DNA of 64,000 nt from Tubulanus polymorphus (GCF_964204645.1 NC_134035.1:8092451-8156450); one strand, 5' to 3'; shown: positions 26,501 through 41,500, counted from the first letter of the stretch. Program-made: numbers and translations. The notes: a model not told the origin generated them from the sequence alone.

Positions 26501-29500
26501 GTGCAATAATGAATGTTCACACATTTGCAGATTGAGTTGGAGAATATGAGCACTCAGAAACGCTATACGTTCAAATGCGGTAAATGGTTGGCATACGACG
26601 AAGATGGTCACACTATCGTACGTGAAATGCCCGCGGAAGGAGCTGGAATTAAGAAACCGTTAAAACGTACGTCTAGACTGATACACTCCTTGAAAAGGTG
26701 TTATATCCTGAAGTAGACTCCACTTGGCTCAGATCTTGCTGGACCGAAAAATTGTTGAGGCAGGCAAATTCTGGAGCAGTCAGAAAAATGATTGTTCGTC
26801 AGCACGTGAATGGGATTAGATACAGGGGCAGATTTAGGGTCAGATTCAGGGAGGGGCGCACCCCCAAAATAGGGCACATCATATAATGATTAGGGCACCC
26901 CGAAAGAAAGCTCCTCTGAAAACATTAACATTTGGAAATACAGAGGAGAAACTTATGAATTTAAACGTTTTATGTAAAGGTGTCAGTATGATATATTTCA
27001 TTTTGCCCTAAAATTTCTGTGCAACATGATATCTTTAAGGAGGATTGCGCATCCCCTGCACCCTCCCCTTGGATCAGCCCCTGACATAAATTTCATTAGA
27101 ATTTTGACTGCCGCACATGATAAACCTAGGCCATTAGGGTCTACTGTACATGTATGCACTGGTAAAAATGTGGGAAGCGAAACTACTGAACTACCATGTC
27201 AAATTGGTTGTTTACGTTCATGTTTTTAAGTGAAAAATTATGAAGTGGAAGTATACACCGGCGACAAGAAACATGCGGGTACCGACGCTCACGTCTTCCT
27301 TAATCTATTCGGTGAACAAGGCGACACCGGCGAACGACCGTTGAAACATTCACTCGAGAACCAGAACAAATTCGAACGAGGAAAGGTAACGAGAAAACTA
27401 ACGAGAACGTTTATCGATGACTTGAAAAATTACACATTGCTTGAATATTGTCGAGAATGATATGATTTAAGTTGTAAGGGTCAATGATATTATTTTGGAT
27501 TCGAATATATCGATAATTGAATTGAACCTACTGGGGACTAGTCCAGCCACAATCTATTGATGATGTAGTGTACATCCTCTCAAATTATAATTATCAAAAT
27601 TTATCATTAATAAAATACGAGTTATGATGATAAAATAAATGCCAAAATTTTCTATCATGATTATTGTTATTTTGAGGTGCCAATATTGATGACATAGTGC
27701 ACATTGACTCACATAGAACCCCTTCAATAACGCATAGTAGTTATCAATATAAATATATATATAAACGTTATTGTAATGATTTTTATGGCGTCAAAAAATA
27801 TTCTTATTGTTGCCAAATATCTTAACGCGTGTGCGTCTGCTAAAACGGTATGGCAAAAATTGTACTTACGAATCACATTATTTTTACTCTGCAGACGGAC
27901 AAATTTCTGATCGAGGCCGTAGATTTGAAACAATTGACGAAAATCCGAGTAGGCCACGACGGTAAACGGCCCGGCGCCGGTTGGTATCTTGATAAGATCG
28001 TCGTCAAAGATCCCGACAAACCGAAACAGGAATATTTGTTCGAATGTAACAGGTTAGTGCGAGGTATCTGTGGAAATCATTTGGGCCATGGTTGTTTGGT
28101 TGAATAGTAACTCATTGAGTTTGATTCACAAAGCCGAATTTGAACTGACACCTTGGGAACTGACACCAGAATATGTCTGATAGGATTGATATCCTTGATT
28201 TTCAATTATAACTTATAGTTTATTTTCTCCAATGTTTTGAATTTTTGCTCAGATAAGTTAAGATTTGAAACCTTTATAAAAATGAATTACTGTGTATCAT
28301 TAAAAAAATTCTGCGTTATTTATACATGTTTTATAATGTTTTTATGATTGAGTCACGGGAACTGATTCTGCATTTCACATTTTAAAAGCTAAAAGTTTAC
28401 AATATTTGTAGGTGGTTAGCATTTGATGAAGATGATGGACTTATTGTGCGAGAAATCACAATTTCTGGATCCCAGCATCTTGAATGTAAGTACTTCAGCA
28501 AATAAAAGATATTTATTTGCCTACCTTTTTTTATCAAAATATAGTATACTTAAGGAATTTCGTGTGATGTACAATATACAAAGGATGAATAATGGCTAAG
28601 AATAGAAAAAATTCGATATTTCATTGTCATTACATGAATAAGAATCAGAGAATTTCACCTTACGAATCTACTTCTAAGTCTATCCCTATTTCATATCATG
28701 GTGGATGATTTCAAATATGGCAGTCGTATTGAAATTCTCCTTAATCCAGCAAATTTGAAGGTATATTTTTTGAAATGTTCAGTCTATTTCTCGTATTCTA
28801 GCGACGTCGTACCACGTGAAAGTACGAACCGGCGACGTTCGCAACGCGGGAACTGACGCGAAAGTTTGGATGATATTGTTCGGGTCGGGCGGCGACACGG
28901 GGCGTCTGTGGCTACGTCGGTCCGATAATACGTACAATAAATTCGAACGCGGTCGCACGGACTTGTTCACGCTGGAAGCGACTGATATCGGCACGGTAAG
29001 ATATCTTAACGACGATACGTTTTTCTTTATATCGAATGGAAACTATAACATATGATATCCATATATCCGCACCCCCTTTCCCTTAGACCCCCATCCTTAT
29101 CTCTATATACAGAAGCCGAAAGAAAAAAATCATAAAGTCATGTTGATTTTCTTACTATACAGATCTTGCACGTTGTAATGTCTCAGTTTGCTTGTCCATA
29201 GCCATACGTAACAACAAAAGATAATCCGGGGATGCAGTTCTACAGTTGTGACGTAGAGTTTAACAAATCAGTTGAAGTCAGTATTTTCAATGTTTTAGTC
29301 ATATTTCAAATCACAACTGTGGAACTGGGTGAGAAAATTGTCATTATATGAAAACACCTCCCGTAGTGAACACCCCTTTGTAGTCAACACCTCCCTTAAT
29401 GAACACCATTTGCCCGGTCCCAAAATTTTCTTATCTAGAATACATGCATCAGTTCCTCCCTATATTGTGAACGGTGAACATAACCTGATCCTCTCTATAG

Positions 29501-32500
29501 TGAGCACCCCTCCAAAGTGAACGTTTGGCTCAAATCTATAGTGTTCGCTGTTGGCAGGTTTTACTGTACAAGAAAAACTCGTGATCTGTTCAATTTCAAA
29601 TCCACATGCTGGTAATGTCCTTGTCCATTCTAAAAGTGTGAAGCAAGACAATTTGTTCGTTTATCGGTAATAAATGTTTAACTTATATGTATTTAACACA
29701 ATGTGTATCTTGTATTCAAATATTTGCACACCGCACCGAAACAGATTACAAAGCTTAGGGTCGCTTTAGACGACGACGATGATGATTCAGGTTTGGTAGG
29801 TTTATGTAGCCGATGTCTGTCTGTCTGTTTCCTGTGTCTGTGTACAACAATGTTGCTTTTTTATAGAAAAGGATTATTCTCGATTACGAAATTTGTACAT
29901 TTCCCATGATATAGTTACCTATAACTATAAGACAGCGTACTTTTCCTAATTAACCGAAAGGGTTAATAATGGGTAATAGATCGAAAAGGGCACAGTTTTA
30001 TCCCTAATGAGGCAATTAACAGACATTCTTACCGAAATGAGTGGATAGAGGGTCCTGCCCCAGAAAATTGAACTTGAACTCATATTTAGTGCATTATGAG
30101 CTATTTTTATGCGCTACATGAGGTCCCTACTAGTTAAGTTGATATTTTTCTTCATACTGGTATAGATACAATCTGAACTGTGAGCTGGGTCCAGTATCAG
30201 GAAAAAATTCAAATTTCTTGTTTTGCCGCTTTTGGTTTAGCTTCAACTTTCTCATGAAACCAGACTCGGCACACTAGCTCCAGTTTTAATGAATATGTAC
30301 GTACCAGCACCAGAGATTGTTCAATAATCCTTTTCTGGAAAGAAGTTGGTCTAATAATTACATCTTTTTTAGTTGTTACTCTCCGTTCCATAGAGGAATA
30401 TCTACCTCGAGTAACCAGATAGAATTAGACTCTGTTGGAAGGGAGAGTGATATATGACTGTCTTTGTTACAGGGTACTTTATTTCCGGTTATTCAGTAGT
30501 GGTTCTCCGTTTAGGTTATTTTACGATAATATTGTACATTATGATAGTTTAGTAGATAGTTTGTCGATTCATCGTTGAGTTATAATATATTTAGTTGCGT
30601 CGTGCTATCCAGTCGCTATATCGATTCTAATTTTGGTTTAATCTTACTCGTACTCGTCCATGGTTTTATGCTTATGACGGTGAAATGGATAGTTTTTAGA
30701 AAATGTTTGCGTTGATTTCGATGATTTGTATAGAAAATTAATCATTTCTGTGATTGGTGATGATAATTTGGAATGACTGAACACTGCGTGTAATCATACC
30801 ACAGCCACGATCACACTATGTCGTGTAGAACGTTCTTAATTTAGTCATTTCCAATTGAGAATGGACCAAGCGTTGACACTAGCGAGAATCTGTCCATTCG
30901 ATTTTAGAACCGACCGATTAAGATCGACCAAAAAGACCGATTCCAGGTCCGTTCTAAATTTAGTCACATACCATTGCTCTGTGTGTGAATAGAAACTTTG
31001 CTAGGCAAACACAGTTTAACTGGACCAGTGATACCAGCTGATTGAAAAACATGTGTGTGGGATGCACAGCATTGATTTGTTCCATTCATATCGGTCAAAT
31101 TAGAATGGACTAACTAGCGACGGTGTGAACGTGGATTATGATTGCGACGAAAAATTTATATTATGTTTCTTGAAGTGCATGGTGCATGTTGAAACATATC
31201 ACTCGGTACTTACTATTCATATTGATAAAAACGCATGGATTTGATGAAATCACAAGCACCACAAATATGGGATTCGTAGGGGATTTTAAGTATAGTAAAC
31301 TCCGAACTCGAATCAATTGTGACCAGCGATTTTTGTTAGAGTCAGAGTGCCCATTGATTGAGCAAAAACATTCCAATGATGGGGACTTCCATAACTGCAA
31401 ATCTAATGAAATGTTGATGATATGTTAATGAAATGTTGATGAAATGTTGATGAAATGTTAATGAAATGCTAATGAAATGTTGATAAAATGTTAACGATAT
31501 TAATGTAATGTTAACGAAATGTTTATTTTATGGTTATATAGATTGAACGAATGCAGATTGGTCACGACGGAACGCTAGCCGGAGCCGGTTGGTTCCTCGA
31601 CGAGGTTCTTGTCGACGTGCCGTCGCGTGGTGAATATTACCGCTTCGCCGCTCATCGTTGGCTCGATAAAACGGAAGGAGATGGATTGACGGAAATAGAA
31701 CTCGAACCGGCTGATGTCAGGAAAGGCGAAAGATGTAAGTTTGAAAACGTAACTCAAACAAAATTTCGAGGATTTTTGAGTCAATGATTTTCATAGCGAT
31801 ATTCAGGCAATTTTGTGTAACGTATATCATGAAAACATCACGGAACACTCGGGGAATTTGTAATTAATTGGTGTTACTAGTCAACACGATATGGTTCAAC
31901 ATCAAATTATTTGAACACATGCGAAGATGATGGTGCTTTGAAAGATGATGGCGTGAAATATTTTTCAAAAATTAAACATATTTTTCAGTTTTGCCGTACG
32001 AGGTGACGGTTTGGACCGGAACGAAACGTGGAGCCGGAACCGATGCTAATGTATTCATACAGATGTACGGAGAGAACGGAAAAACCGAGGAATATAAACT
32101 TCGTAATCGAACGGACAACTTCGAATCTGGACAAGTCGACAAGTTTAAGGTGTGTTTGTATTGTATTTTGCCCATAATTACTGCTGCTGATTTTAATCTA
32201 TATATGTTGAATGAATGTTCATATTTGTATAGCGCCGATTTCACTGTAATCAGTGTTCAAAGGCGCTCCCCAGCGGTACAGAGGCGACAGGTAAAAAGAA
32301 ATGTTTTAAGTCCGGTTTTAAATCGTAATGTTGTAGGTTTCAACAAGTCAATCTATTCTCCACGTCTCAGTGTGGCTATTGTACTATGCTCTGTGATATT
32401 TTGGAATGAACTTCCCGGAAGCTATGGTTTTCATTTTCGATTTCAATTTTGCTTTTTCCAGATCGAAGCAGCTGATATTGGACATCTAATTAAGATGCGA

Positions 32501-35500
32501 GTTGGCCACGATGGTAAAGGTGCCTTTGCCGGATGGTACTTAGAAAAAGTATGTACTCTTCATTCATCAAGGAATTGAATAAGACACTTTGATTGATTTG
32601 ATGACAATAGCGAGCAGTGTCTCTGCTGGTTGTCTAAAATTCAGTCAAATGTTGCCACTGATGTACCTAGTTGATATAAAATGAAGAAAAGCTATCAACT
32701 CCTATGCGATCCTGTTATTTGACGCCATAAAAATTCTTGCAGATAATATTAAGCATTATGTTACGTATTTACTTTTCAAGGTGTCAGTAAGCTTTCATGT
32801 TCAAAACTGATTTTCAGTTTTGTTACTATTTTATAACTAGAAATACTGATTTGATATGTTTGATGCATACAGAAATATGAAAGATATTACAAAGGGTCTT
32901 ACTGTTGATTACTGATTAGTTTGGACATTTTTTTTCATATTTCAATGTAATGTCACTGAAAAATTTTCAATTTGTCACTGATAGCACTTTTCAGAGTTAG
33001 GCAGCCCTGCAGGTTAGCTTTTTTGTTCACACTTCATTTGACTTTCATGTGGCCTAATCGTTTGGAATTTTTTTTTTTTCAATCAGATTCTCGTCCAAAG
33101 AACAGCCATTTCGAAACGCGTATCTAGCGCTCGAGGTTCGAAGAAAAAGCGTTCGGCATTGGCCCGAAGAACGAACGTTAATCTATCCGACGACGAGGAG
33201 AGCGTGGCTTCGTCGCAGCGATGCGAAGGCGACCTCGAAGAGTACTGGTTCGTCGCGAATCGCTGGTTCGCTAAAGGCGAAGACGACGGGAAGATCGTTC
33301 GCGAATTACTACCTACAACCCCTGATGGGAGACAACTAAACGTCGGTTTGGAAGGTTTGTATTCCATTTATTCATCGTTATCAGTATATAGACATGTAAG
33401 AGAGGCTTTAACCCTTTCAGTGTGTATACACCGGGTGTAGTGTATGAATCGGTGATGGATTTTGCTAGTACACCGCACTGCGGTGTATTGGTGTGATTAG
33501 TAATTAGTTTATATCTCTATTGAAAGATGGCAGCACCTGTCAAACTTAGTGAAATATTAGTTACTAACGATACACTGCGCCGCGATGTAGACGTACTATA
33601 GCGGTATTCCCGTTATTCAACACACTAGGGCAGAACTTTTCAAAATTTTCAAATTATCTCCAGCACTATTGGGTATTGATTAGTCAGCACTTAAAGGGTT
33701 AAGCAAATTTTATTGCTTTAGATGTCTAGACCTGTAGCACGTAGGTAATAAATCTTCTTGTATTAATATCATTTTAAAGATTGTGACGAAGTGCATCTTT
33801 TATTTGATTACTACAAAACATTTCGGTCTTCCTACTCAATTGATGAAGGCTTGAAGGTCGAAACGTTGTGTAGTAATCAAATACAAGATGCACTTCGTCA
33901 CAATCTCTGTATTGATTTTAATACATCTCACCGGAGGTGAGGGGAACAAGATATATATCACATCAATCAATCTCCTTGGCCCAGTTCCACTGTTCTGAAT
34001 TAAGATTTGATTGACTGATAGAGTAAAATCAGAGATATCGGATAAACTGACCACTGCAGAGTTGATTCTATTAACACTGTAGGCCTATTGAGTTTCATGA
34101 AAAAATTAAAGCTTACAACAGTTTGAATGGTTGTCCTCATAAGAAACATGAAGTAACTAATATAGCAACCACCGGTAAACCAAAAATTTCAATCAAACTT
34201 TATCATGAAAATGTCCCTGAAAATCATCATTTTAAATTCACAAACAAATGAATTGATTGATGAGATGAGTATCAAATGTATCATTTTGGTTGCAGAGTTG
34301 GAGTACGTGATCAAACTGAAAACAGGTGATAAATATGGAGCCGGCACGGACGCCAATGTTTACATCAATATAACCGGAGATAAAGGAGATACTGGTGAAA
34401 GACAACTCAAACAATCCAACAATGTCAACAAATTTGAGAGAAATATGGTACGTTTTCGCGGAAGTATCTTGAATTCATTAAAATACGGGATTATATTTGA
34501 CTTTTGAGTCCTCGGTTGAAGCAATGAAAATGAACTCATTCCAAAATTTGAACCAAATCTAAGTTCCATCCTCCCGCAGTGATTTGAACCAGGTCGTACC
34601 GCAAGACTCTGCCTTGGTATAAGCCTTGTGGCTTACTGCTGATAATCATTCAGGTGCTTAGAATCTCTATCAAAGGAAGATGGCTACCGCTAGGTCCTGG
34701 GTTGAAAATAATTTAATTTATAGAGCTAATTACGTATAATTGATATCGTTCAACTGGTTTGTTGAAAAGGTGAAAGCATATACAGTTAGTAAATTTGGTC
34801 TTGTGTCTATATTGCAGGAGGACATTTTCCATTTGAAACTTGTTGAACTCGGTCGGTTGAGAAAGTTGAAAATTCGTCACGATAATGCGGGTGGAGGCGG
34901 TGCGTGGTATTTAGATTACATCGAGATTACAGATCCGAAATCAAAAGAAGTGTAAGTAAAGTTAAGAATAAAACTTGTTTCTTTTGAATAAACTGTCGGG
35001 CCTTAAGAAACTTTGAAGTAACTGCTCATTGAAGACTCCAACTTAAAGAATAGTCTTAGTCTGTTTTTGTAAGGATTTTTTTTTACGACCTATTTTGGAT
35101 TACATCAGGAATGCGATTTATTTGTAGATATTTCTTCCCTTGTCAACGATGGCTGGCTATTGGTGAAGATGACGGTCAAATCAGCCGAGAACTTGTGCCG
35201 GTCGATGCCGCCTTGAAAGCTAAATTGCAACAAAAAGACAAAAAAGCCGTGAGAAACGAAATCGCTCTCGAAACAAAAGGTATTCATTATTCTTAGTGGG
35301 AATCGAATATGATACAGATCATTATGGACATCATCTCTGCTCATCATCTCTGCACAAACTATTTTCACATGCAGTAGTATACTTGCCATGAAGTCAATTG
35401 CCTTGAAAAATTGTGTGCCTCAAACAAAATCTTGGAATATTTTCCTACTCCAGTTCATGTAATGGCCACCTATTGTCGCTTTGATTGCCCTAAAATTTGC

Positions 35501-38500
35501 TTGCCTCTCAGAAACCATAGATTCTTCTGTGTGTTATTATGTTGGATTGTTTCAATTTGTATATTGGTGGAGAAATTAATAAGAAATGATTTACTTTTTG
35601 ACGCTAGTACAGATTTTAGATAAAAAGATAGGGGTAGCAGCAGAAAAGGGCACCTGTGGGTAGCCAACTGTAAATGCGAATGATCTAGTTTGAATACCCG
35701 ATGAACTTACAGGCCACCCCTTAGGGCAGGATGTTTCGCGGTTTGCTACTAGAGTAGGATCAGAAATATCAAACTTTGTTTATTTTAGCCGCAATGCAGA
35801 CGTACCATGTATACGTTACTACCGGCGATAAATGGGGCGCGGGAACAGACGCGAACGTTTTCATTTATCTGTTCGGCGAATTGGACACGACCGGACAAGT
35901 CTTCTTGAAGTCGTCGAAAACGTACAACAACAAATTCGAAAGGAACCACACGGACGAATTCATAATCGAGGCAGTCGACATCGGTGACCTGCAGAAGATC
36001 AAGTAAGCAATTCAATAAGATCATTAGTGAAAACGAATTTCAATTTGATAATGATTCAGCTATTGTGGCCTGCAAAGATCTGTTCGGATTGCTAATGTAA
36101 TGCCATGATATATACGTTGTTGGTTTTAAACTTGTGATATGTCCTCTACATCAGAGTCCGGCTGTTTTATTGTGATACCACAGCATTCCGTGTTAAATAT
36201 CTTCTTAAATTACACAACATTTATCCCAATATTCATTCCAAATGCCATACATGAACTAGCTCAAGAATTTCATCTTTTGAATAGGATCGGCCATGATGAT
36301 TACGGTGGCGGTGCCGATTGGTTCTTGGACAAAGTCGAAATCGATTGTCCGGCGCTCGGTAAAAAGTGGGTTTTCCCGTGCGGTCGATGGCTCGGACGAG
36401 GGGAAGATGACGGATTGCTGGAGCGTGAATTATTCCCGCAAGAATTAGCTACCGAAGAATACACTCCATGTAAGTTGTGGGCGTGAGGGACCCCAGCTCC
36501 AGTCAAGACGGCTATAGAAAAAACAGATTTGAATCTTTATTAAGTTTTAATTGTCAATACCTATCTTAAGTAGGTCTTGGGCAATTACGGTTACAAGTTA
36601 TTTTGTTCTGAATTAACACCATGCATCTAGGTATTAGTTATACACAAAGAGTAAATTATTTTATATTTTGCCCAGGTATTCCCTATGAAATTACTACTTA
36701 CACTAGTGATATGGGAAGTGCTTCTACCGATGCCGATGTGTTTGTCGTTCTCTACGGAGTTGATACATGTACAGAGCAGAAATCGCTGTGCTCTTCGAAG
36801 CAAGAACGTAAAAAATGTTTCCGTCGCGGGCAAAAAGATAAATTTGTCGTCGAGGTAAGTCTGATTATTGTAGGACAGTTCAATCTTCCAGTATCCATTT
36901 GGTGGCAGTGGTTCCAGGGTGCGGATCCAGAGGTAAAACCTGAGGGTCTTAAAATGATTTGTAGGGCTAGATTAAGAAATAGGCATTGACATTGTAGAAT
37001 AGCCCAGAAAATAGGTCGTTAAAAGATGCGATCTGGGGCAATTTCATCTGTGTCTTATCAAAACTACAGAATTTCACAAATTCTTTTTAAAAGATGGTAT
37101 CCCTTTGAGAATAGAAATGGCCATTTCCAAAATTTTGTCAAAATTATGCCTGTGACTGAAATTTTACCCTTGCAAAATTTTTCTACGACAAAATTGTGCC
37201 TTTATACCGTATTTAAGGAGAAAAAAGGGTTTTAGATTTTGGTTATTAAAACATTGGACTGTTCCTCATTACAATCCACATGGTACTGGGTAACGGTACT
37301 GAATTATGAATTATAATCATTATGATTATTGAATGAATTACAGTTGGAAGATGTCGGAGATAAGATCGAGAAATTACGAATCGGTCACGACGGAACCGGG
37401 TTCGGAGCTGGTTGGCATCTGAACAAAGTGGAAATTCGCAAGTTGAAGGAAGATGTTCATGTAAGTATCATCATCGTGGCTGTGCATTTTTCAAACCAAG
37501 GGTTTAATTTCTGTATACAGAATTCATCGTTTTTGGCCTAAAGGCGATCTAATTATCTGAAAAATAGCATTAGGCCTATTTGGTAACAAAACGTTTCTTA
37601 AAAAGTCACTTAAGTACTATAGCTAAAAGGTACTGGCCACAGTTTTGTGGGGCAAGTGAGGATTCCACGATATCCGCCAGGCTCGTAGTTTCACTAGCGA
37701 TTATATAAGATATATATCACTAGTCAAATGGTAATGATCCAGCCAGTGTAAACATTGTAATAACCGATTTATATTGAATGAACTAATTGATATTTGTGGT
37801 GCATATTATTAATTACAGCAATCTGGATCGGTAAATTTCTATTATATGTTTAATCATTAACGGTAAAATGTTGTCAATTTTCATTTCGCTTAAAACTCGG
37901 TTGCGAAACGATTTGATCGTTGTGATTTATTTTCAGTCGATGTTGTAAAGATATATCTGATCGTATAGATATCATTGTCGTCTGTCAACATGCTGTTTAA
38001 TTCTACCGATTTCTATCATAACGCTTTTCATATTTTTCATTCTTCAGTCCGGTGTTGGTCGATAAGAGGTATTATCGTTATGTTTATATGAATGATACTT
38101 CCCCTCGCGGATTCGCGCACGTGCCGTGTGTACATCCGTGCATGTCCTGCATGTTTGTGGCGACGCATGGTTATTCGAATCGAAAAGATTATGATTTTGT
38201 TATTCGGGATCCGGTTCCGCAGTTTCTTGATTTCAATCTAGAGCACAAAAACGAAAAGATTAAATCTAAATCACAGGTTGCCAAAAATCCAAACCGATCG
38301 TTGGGTCGTAAGGAATCAGAACCAGTTGCCGAGTTTTCAGTCACGGAATTTTTGCGATACGAGTGCATGTAAGATGGTTAAGACTGATCGCAAACCCATC
38401 GTAAGCCAATTGGACCTGTTCTATTGTTACCTTAGTGTACTTACAACCAATGGTAAGGTTGCTACCAATCTACAGCATCGCGCACATGATCACATGACTT

Positions 38501-41500
38501 GAGCGATCAGCTCAAAATAATTGTGGATCGGATCTTAGTGCCACCTGAGTTTGGCTTAACCCTAGAGAGTTAGGAGTTTACCGTGAACTATTGAACTGGA
38601 TCCTGAGGCCGTTTTGTTAGCTTTATCTTGAGAAGTAACTAGAATTTTTGTATAAAATGAATGTGCGAGAAATCTGAAATAATGTTCGGTAATAATTAGA
38701 GGCTGATCCTTGGGGAGGTGCAGGGGGATGGGCACCCCCTAAAAGAGGCAAGTTGCGCTGAAATTTTGCAGGGAAATGAAAATTATTGAACTAATGCCTC
38801 AAGAGGTTTAAATTCATAAGCTTGTTCTGTGTATTTCCAAATAGAAATCTGCCCTTTTTGGGGGGTTCTCCCCTCCCTGAATCAGGCCATAGATCTGCCC
38901 CTGATAAAACAGATATCATCAAGGTGTTTGATTGATTTGATATTTTACTGTTTACACTGATACATTTTGAGAGTAAAGCGCCGTTATTCGTATGCAATAA
39001 TTCTAGTTACCACTGCAACAGGTTTATGTAGCCCATTGGGTGAATACCCCAAAATTGTATAAATACAATGTGGTATCTTAATGTTTGAGCAACTGGCTTA
39101 GGTGCATAGACATTGCAGATGATCTTCATTTTAAGAAGAGATCGGATGCATTTGAAAATTGCTTTAGTCTTGGGATTTTATAGATAATTGTGGAGTTTAT
39201 TTTACATATTGACTGTATCAACCAAGTGAGGATCAATTAGCATTTCAAATCTTTTTATTTTGGCCATATTCGGCGCGTATTCTTATCAGCTTATGATGGG
39301 AACAGTTGGTTTTATTTCCTGATTTATTTGTTGGTTGTATCATATAGTAGTATGTAGGAGAAAGTATATTTTGTTCTGGAAAAATGTTTCAGATTAACGA
39401 AATGCCAGATTTCAGTGACGATGAAGTGAGTTAGTATTGTAGTATTCTGACCAACTTGTAGCAACCCTTCCTCGCATGATGTCGAAAAAACTGAAATTCT
39501 TAAGATTAAAATCGATATAAGATCAATTATAACGATGATTATTTAGATTTGCGTCAAATCTTTGTCGCGTGCATGAATGATTTCCGATGAAACCTTATGC
39601 TAATTCATTGAAACTATAATTAATCAAATTCTCACAAAGCCTTGATGATTTATGATTATGAAAGATGTACATGGAAAAAAATTTTCTTCGTGATCGTCAG
39701 GTTCAATCAATCAGTTTTGATACCCGGTTTATCCTTAAATGATTTTTCAACCCCCATGATGAAAGCATGAATACTCTTACCTTTTACAATGACCAGTGCA
39801 TGACAACTATTTATTGCTGTCAGTAGTTAATGTATAGGGTAGGTCCGCACAACTTGCAACAGCGTTTATGTTTAGCAGTCGTGAGTTTGTGAAGTGGTTT
39901 ACCCAGTACACTAAACTCTACTTAGTAAAAATTGATAGATTGATCTAAAATGAGAATCAAAGAATTGGAAAAGGTTGCGGCGATCTAAATCAAGAGGTTG
40001 ATCATTTAAATTCAGTGAGTTAGCCTTTTTAAAGATATACAGAGCGGATTGTATTTATATATTCAGCTTATTACGGCTATTCCTGTAATTTGGGTGACAA
40101 GTTTTAGCTTGACAAAATCAAGTTTGAATTGTTGTCCTCATTGAAACTATTGAGTAAACCAATAGCAACTAAACTTGAAATTTGAGTATGACTCGTAAAA
40201 GTGAATTGAATTTTTACCGGTGATTTTTCCAGGCTTCGACGTCGTACGTGTTTCCGTGTAATCGTTGGTTGTCTCGTTCAGACGAGGATGGCGAAATCGT
40301 CCGTGAACTCATTCCTCAATCCGTATTCGAAGAGAAAGCTCTCAAAGACGGCACGATTAAGAAAAAAGAAATGAAACGCGATGCATCGTTGGAAAGTAAG
40401 TATTGTGTATACGCCTCTACGCCACAGGTGCTCAATTAGTTTGCTGATTTGTTGAGTCAAATCCAAACCCGCAATTCTGGATGTTGGTCCTGAACTTGAT
40501 GTCTTCTTTCTTGTTTGTACAGTGGAATCTCGTTACAGCGAACTTCACGGTACCAGAAAATATGTTCGTTATAACCAATAGGTTGTTATATCCAGAATGA
40601 AATTAATTAAAATTTCTTTGCTTGGACGAAATTCTATATTTGTTATATCTGGTGAATTTTTGTATCTAAGTTCGTTATAACGAGGTCCCGCTGTATGTAC
40701 GTACAGGGAGAGTGAGATACAATGTACTTTATATCCGGTATGCCCATAGGAGACACAGCAAATTCATCGATACAAGCTAACCCTCCCTGCAGCCATCTTA
40801 CAAAGTCTTATGGTTATATTCAGATCAATTTCAGTCTAATATACCTTAATTATGTATTATGAAAAAGCTCAGTCTATGTAGAATTATGTCAGACTCTCTA
40901 TAGTGGGGTGACATTCTATTTTGGCAGTGCGCGTCGTGCGCTTTCCCTCGTTAGTGCTCTACACACTTCAAATTACATGAGATTTCTTTTAAACTTGGTA
41001 TGTGTAATGGGGTAGGTCCATGGATGAAACCTATTGAAAATCAGCTTTCTCGCTCTACCAATATGGCTGCTCTGGCGGACATCTTGAATTTCTTGTTATC
41101 GCTCTATACACATCATATAACGTACAATTTCTTTTAAACTTGGTATGTGTAATGGGGTAGGTCCATGGATGAAACCTATTGAAAAAAAAGCTTTCTTGCT
41201 CTTCCAATATGGCTGCTCTGGCGGACATCTTGAATTTCTTGTTAGCGCTCTATACACATCAAGTAACATACAATTTCTTTTAAACTTAGTATGTGTAATG
41301 GGGTAGATCCATGGATGAAACCAAATCGCAAATCAGCTTTCATGCCTAAGTCATCATTTGGATATAGATCATCAACATTATGACGGTCCCAGTATGACGA
41401 CTAAAGCGAATTCAACCAGTCAATTTTATATAGCCTATAATTTTGTGACGCGGATGATAACTTATATGTATATTTCTTGAATTTTTCTAGAGAAAATATA

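Noticed and set aside
32781-32786. Apparent 6-nt microexon (TTTTCAAG|GTGTCA|GTAAGC) in LOXHD1
   Set aside because: It lies in or next to a dispersed repeat that recurs inverted near 63642-63990 and would insert into a PLAT beta-strand, so it is likely chance.
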